From Candidatus Multivoradales bacterium (GTDB taxonomy: Bacteria > Acidobacteriota > Thermoanaerobaculia > Multivoradales > Multivoraceae): a stretch of 64,000 nt of DNA. This document shows, one piece after another, positions 61,033 through 64,000 of the stretch (positions are counted from its first letter, which is position 1; each line of letters opens with the position of its first letter). The position numbers were made by a program, and so were the translations under genes. The notes under the pieces are model-generated. The model was not told the DNA's origin. It was given only the letters and a program-made list of their open reading frames with translations, and did not search any database. The DNA lies in assembly GCA_965223325.1 (NCBI GenBank), contig CBDCWI010000001.1:480001-544000 (forward strand), given 5' to 3'.

Positions 61033-61704
61033 ATGACCGCTGACAACACCCTGGCGCTACCCATCCTCAATGGCCTGGCCAAACTGGCCCTAAGGTCGTC
61101 CGGCCCCGCGGCATCGATCTATGCGCTGGCGGACGAAGACCTCATGCAACGCGTCGCCACCGGAGATCAAGACGCTTTTGCCGTTCTCTATCACCGCTTC
61201 GAGCGCCCAGTGTTCAGTCTCATCTTGCGCATGACCCGCAATCGCGCGGTCGCCGAAGAACTCCTCCAGGAAGCCTTCACGCGCGTGTGGTTGGGCGCCG
61301 ACAGCCACGACCCTGCGCGAGGTGCGACAAGATCTTGGATCTTCGCGATTGCGCTCAACACGACGCGCACCGAGCTCGGTCGCAAGCGCTACAGAACCCG
61401 ACACGTTGCAATAGACGATCTGACGCAGGATCTCGAGGGCGAAGGCGCATCGGAGCTCGGACGCCGTGTCGAGGATGCCGAGCACGAACAGCTGGTTGCC
61501 GATGCGCTTCGTACGCTGCCCGACTTCATGCAGGAGGTCGTGATCCTGCGTTGCAGCCGTGAAATGACTTTCGATGAGATCTCGCAGCTGACCAGAACCC
61601 CGACCGGCACCCTCAAATCGAGGTTTCATCGCGCGGTCAAAGCGATCCGCCTCGCCATCGAGGAACGGCAAAGGCCTCAATCTGGCGGGCGGGGGTGGTC
61701 ATGA
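61033..61704 (+). CDS. ECF RNA polymerase sigma factor
   Basis: GDQDAFAVLY, AEELLQEAF, SWIFAIALN, GTLKSRFHRA. Confidence 0.92.
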   Translation: MTADNTLALPILNGLAKLALRSSGPAASIYALADEDLMQRVATGDQDAFAVLYHRFERPVFSLILRMTRNRAVAEELLQEAFTRVWLGADSHDPARGATRSWIFAIALNTTRTELGRKRYRTRHVAIDDLTQDLEGEGASELGRRVEDAEHEQLVADALRTLPDFMQEVVILRCSREMTFDEISQLTRTPTGTLKSRFHRAVKAIRLAIEERQRPQSGGRGWS

Positions 61705-62147
61705 ACGCCGGCAGGCTCTCCTGCCGACACGATGTGTCTGAGCAAGCGCTGTTCGAGATTCACTTCGGCGAAGCGCCCGACCCGGACTCAGGCCAGCTGC
61801 TCTCCCATGTCGATGAGTGCGCCGCCTGCGCGGCCTTTCTCGCCGAACTTCAGTGCCTGGAACTTGCCGTCGGATACGGCCTGGACGAGACTCCTCCGGC
61901 GCTCGGCATGGAGCGCGTGCTCGCCCGGGTCGATGAGCTCGATCTCGGCCGAGCCCACAGGGCCGCATCGAACCAGCCCTACCCGCTACGATCGCTACTG
62001 CCCAGCCTGGCCGTCATAGCCCTCGGCGCCGTCGCCGCCTACAAAGGGGGCCTTCTTGGCGCCGTTTCCTTCTTCCTCGCTGGCACGCTCATCACTCTCG
62101 CGATTGCCCCGGTTCTCATCCTCGACTCACAGCGGAGAGCGTCATGA
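61701..62147 (+). CDS. Zinc-finger (HxxxCxxC) transmembrane anti-sigma factor
   Basis: HVDECAAC; two C-terminal TM helices; ATGA overlap with sigma gene. Confidence 0.8.
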   Translation: MNAGRLSCRHDVSEQALFEIHFGEAPDPDSGQLLSHVDECAACAAFLAELQCLELAVGYGLDETPPALGMERVLARVDELDLGRAHRAASNQPYPLRSLLPSLAVIALGAVAAYKGGLLGAVSFFLAGTLITLAIAPVLILDSQRRAS

Positions 62148-63229
62148 GCAGAAAGAAGCAACTGATTGCAAAACTGGCCCGCTTCATCGGAGGCGCAGCC
62201 CTCCTGGCGCTCGCCGCCGCTCTCCTGGGTCTGGTCCTCGAGCAGGTCGAACGCGCCCGCTGGTTGGACAGAAGGCAAGACCATCGTGCGCAGATCTTCG
62301 AGCAATCACAGGCGTATCTCACCGAACTCGCCACCACCATCGACTCCGTTCCCATCGATCCAAGGTTTGCAAGTGAAGTCGAGGCGCGGTACTTCGAGGA
62401 GTTCGACAACGGTCCGATGGCCGTCTGGGCGATGGCCACCGATGGAACATTTCTCTTCGGCGTTCCGCGTGAGACCTTCAGCCGAATGAACGCGATCTAC
62501 GACCGAGAAATCACCCCGCGCCTCGAGGACGGCGTCTTCTTCGATCGCCAGACGTTCTTTCTCGGCCACCTCGAAGGCGGCCAGGCGTCTCTGGCACCCG
62601 GAGAGTTGAGCACGCTCGTCATCGAGCAGGCCGAAGCAGACGGGAATGGCCACGAACAGTTCGAGTTCCTCCGTCAACTGAACGACTCCCGCCACCACTC
62701 GGAAGGCAGCTTCGTCCTTTCAGCTCCGGTAAGCGACTCCGCCGGCGAAGCGCTCGGAAGCTTGTATCTCAAGCGCTCGGTCGATTCCGAATACTTCCAT
62801 CCGAGCACCGTCACTGCCCTTCCGCAGGCCGCGGCGGGCCTTCTAGGTGGCTTGTCACTCCTCTTCCTCTGGATCTTGCTTCCCAGCTGGGTCTACGTCG
62901 ATGCGCGCGAGCGCGAGCTGCCGCGCGCCACGCTGTTCGCTGTACTGACCGCGCTTTCCTCGCTGATCGGCTTGCTCGTCTATTTGATCGTGCGCCCCGA
63001 GCGTATGGTCGAGGTCCAGTGCCCCCGCTGCGAGACCGAGGTGAGCGACGCCTCCTTTTGTCCCCATTGTGGGCAGGACCTGTCGACCTCAGCCTGTCGG
63101 AACTGCCGCCATCCACTCGAGCAGGGTTGGTCGTATTGTCCTTCGTGCCGGACGGCCATCGCCGCCGCGGTCGAGGTCGAGGAAGCACCAGCGCAGACGC
63201 CGGCCGAGGGGCTGCCCGAACCCGGCTAA
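62144..63229 (+). CDS. Membrane protein with periplasmic domain and C-terminal double zinc ribbon
   Basis: WVYVDARER..IGLLVYLIVRP followed by four CxxC motifs. Confidence 0.8.
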   Translation: MSRKKQLIAKLARFIGGAALLALAAALLGLVLEQVERARWLDRRQDHRAQIFEQSQAYLTELATTIDSVPIDPRFASEVEARYFEEFDNGPMAVWAMATDGTFLFGVPRETFSRMNAIYDREITPRLEDGVFFDRQTFFLGHLEGGQASLAPGELSTLVIEQAEADGNGHEQFEFLRQLNDSRHHSEGSFVLSAPVSDSAGEALGSLYLKRSVDSEYFHPSTVTALPQAAAGLLGGLSLLFLWILLPSWVYVDARERELPRATLFAVLTALSSLIGLLVYLIVRPERMVEVQCPRCETEVSDASFCPHCGQDLSTSACRNCRHPLEQGWSYCPSCRTAIAAAVEVEEAPAQTPAEGLPEPG

Positions 63230-63246
63230 GGGCACGCCTGTCGACT

Positions 63247-64000
63247 CTATGGATCGAGCAGCGTCGCGAGCGCTTCGTGGCCGGCGTGGCGGGCCCAACC
63301 CGCCGGGGGACTCGAATGAACGGGATCCTTCTTCGCCCCGTCGGCACCCTCCTCGAGCAGCCAAAGAGCCATCTCCGACCACCCCGCCCAGGCGGCGGCG
63401 TGGAGAGGCGTGACCTCGGCCGGCCCCCAGAAGCGCAAACCGTTGATGTCTGCCCCCTCGGCGAGCGCCCAGCGCGCAACCTCGAGCTCGCCGTTGACGG
63501 CGGCGGCCAGCAGAACATCCTGGAGGAGATCGGCTGGCGTTGTTGTCGTCCGCCCGGGCCGATGATGTTGCATGTAGCGGTCGGCGAGAGGTCGCGGCGT
63601 TCCGCCGTTCCAGAACTCCCGAACCACCTCCAGGTCGCCGAAGCAGGCCGCAAAGCACATGTCGACCTGATGACCCTGCCGAAGGAGGAGCGCGGCTGCT
63701 TCGCGCTGCCGCGGGCTCTCGACGACGTGGTAAAGCGCACCCCACATCAAGCTGCCCGACCCGGTGGCATCGATCGCCGCGCCCCGTTCCACGAGCAGGT
63801 CGAAGAGTGCTTCGGTGTGGCCTCGCTCGAGAGCCTGACGCCCCGACACCAGGAGCCCGAGGGTGGTTGCGCCACCGCTGTTGGGCTGCACCGGGCCACC
63901 GCCGCAGGGTGCATCGACTGCTGCGCCGGCGTCGAGCAGAAGGCGGGTGACGTCGGTGACGTTCTCGGGCATTGACCGCTCGCGGTACGGGTTCCCCGCC
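63247..64000 (-). CDS. Ankyrin-repeat protein (5' end outside window)
   Basis: LLLDAGAAVD, TPLHAAAWAG, LLEEGAD; frame open to window edge. Confidence 0.85.
   Translation of the reverse strand, partial: AGNPYRERSMPENVTDVTRLLLDAGAAVDAPCGGGPVQPNSGGATTLGLLVSGRQALERGHTEALFDLLVERGAAIDATGSGSLMWGALYHVVESPRQREAAALLLRQGHQVDMCFAACFGDLEVVREFWNGGTPRPLADRYMQHHRPGRTTTTPADLLQDVLLAAAVNGELEVARWALAEGADINGLRFWGPAEVTPLHAAAWAGWSEMALWLLEEGADGAKKDPVHSSPPAGWARHAGHEALATLLDP

Overview
High-GC bacterial window. Gene content suggests Acidobacteriota, possibly Thermoanaerobaculia; this is inference only. (1) 4109-22141: a ~16 kb accessory island bracketed by two ~1.15 kb direct repeats, each covering the 5' parts of a histidine kinase gene and a divergent secreted-protein gene. 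It carries two broken tyrosine recombinases, a four-gene type II CBASS operon (patatin effector, CD-NTase, Cap2, Cap3) led by a 44-aa basic protein, an IS3 remnant, an Abi-alpha-like gene, and a signal-peptide RHS toxin locus with a DUF4157-like HExxH tip and a lipoprotein partner. (2) 36347-44876: an atypical clade II N2O reductase cluster: diheme cytochrome c/cupredoxin fusion, lipoprotein NosZ, nosB-like, His-rich domain-CcdA fusion, nosDFY and a cytochrome c. (3) Housekeeping and secreted-protein genes, a CTAG-flanked MITE and an ECF sigma operon. The most striking cross-cutting signal is a short motif, [LI][FM]x[DS][DSG]FE[STA][GDE]x3-4W[ST]. It ends four secreted proteins of three different folds and also sits in an internal loop of the RHS toxin, making it a candidate protein sorting/attachment tag. 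Several single-base frameshifts may be long-read errors. No rRNA, tRNA or CRISPR array was seen. All family calls are by-eye motif recognition, not database searches.
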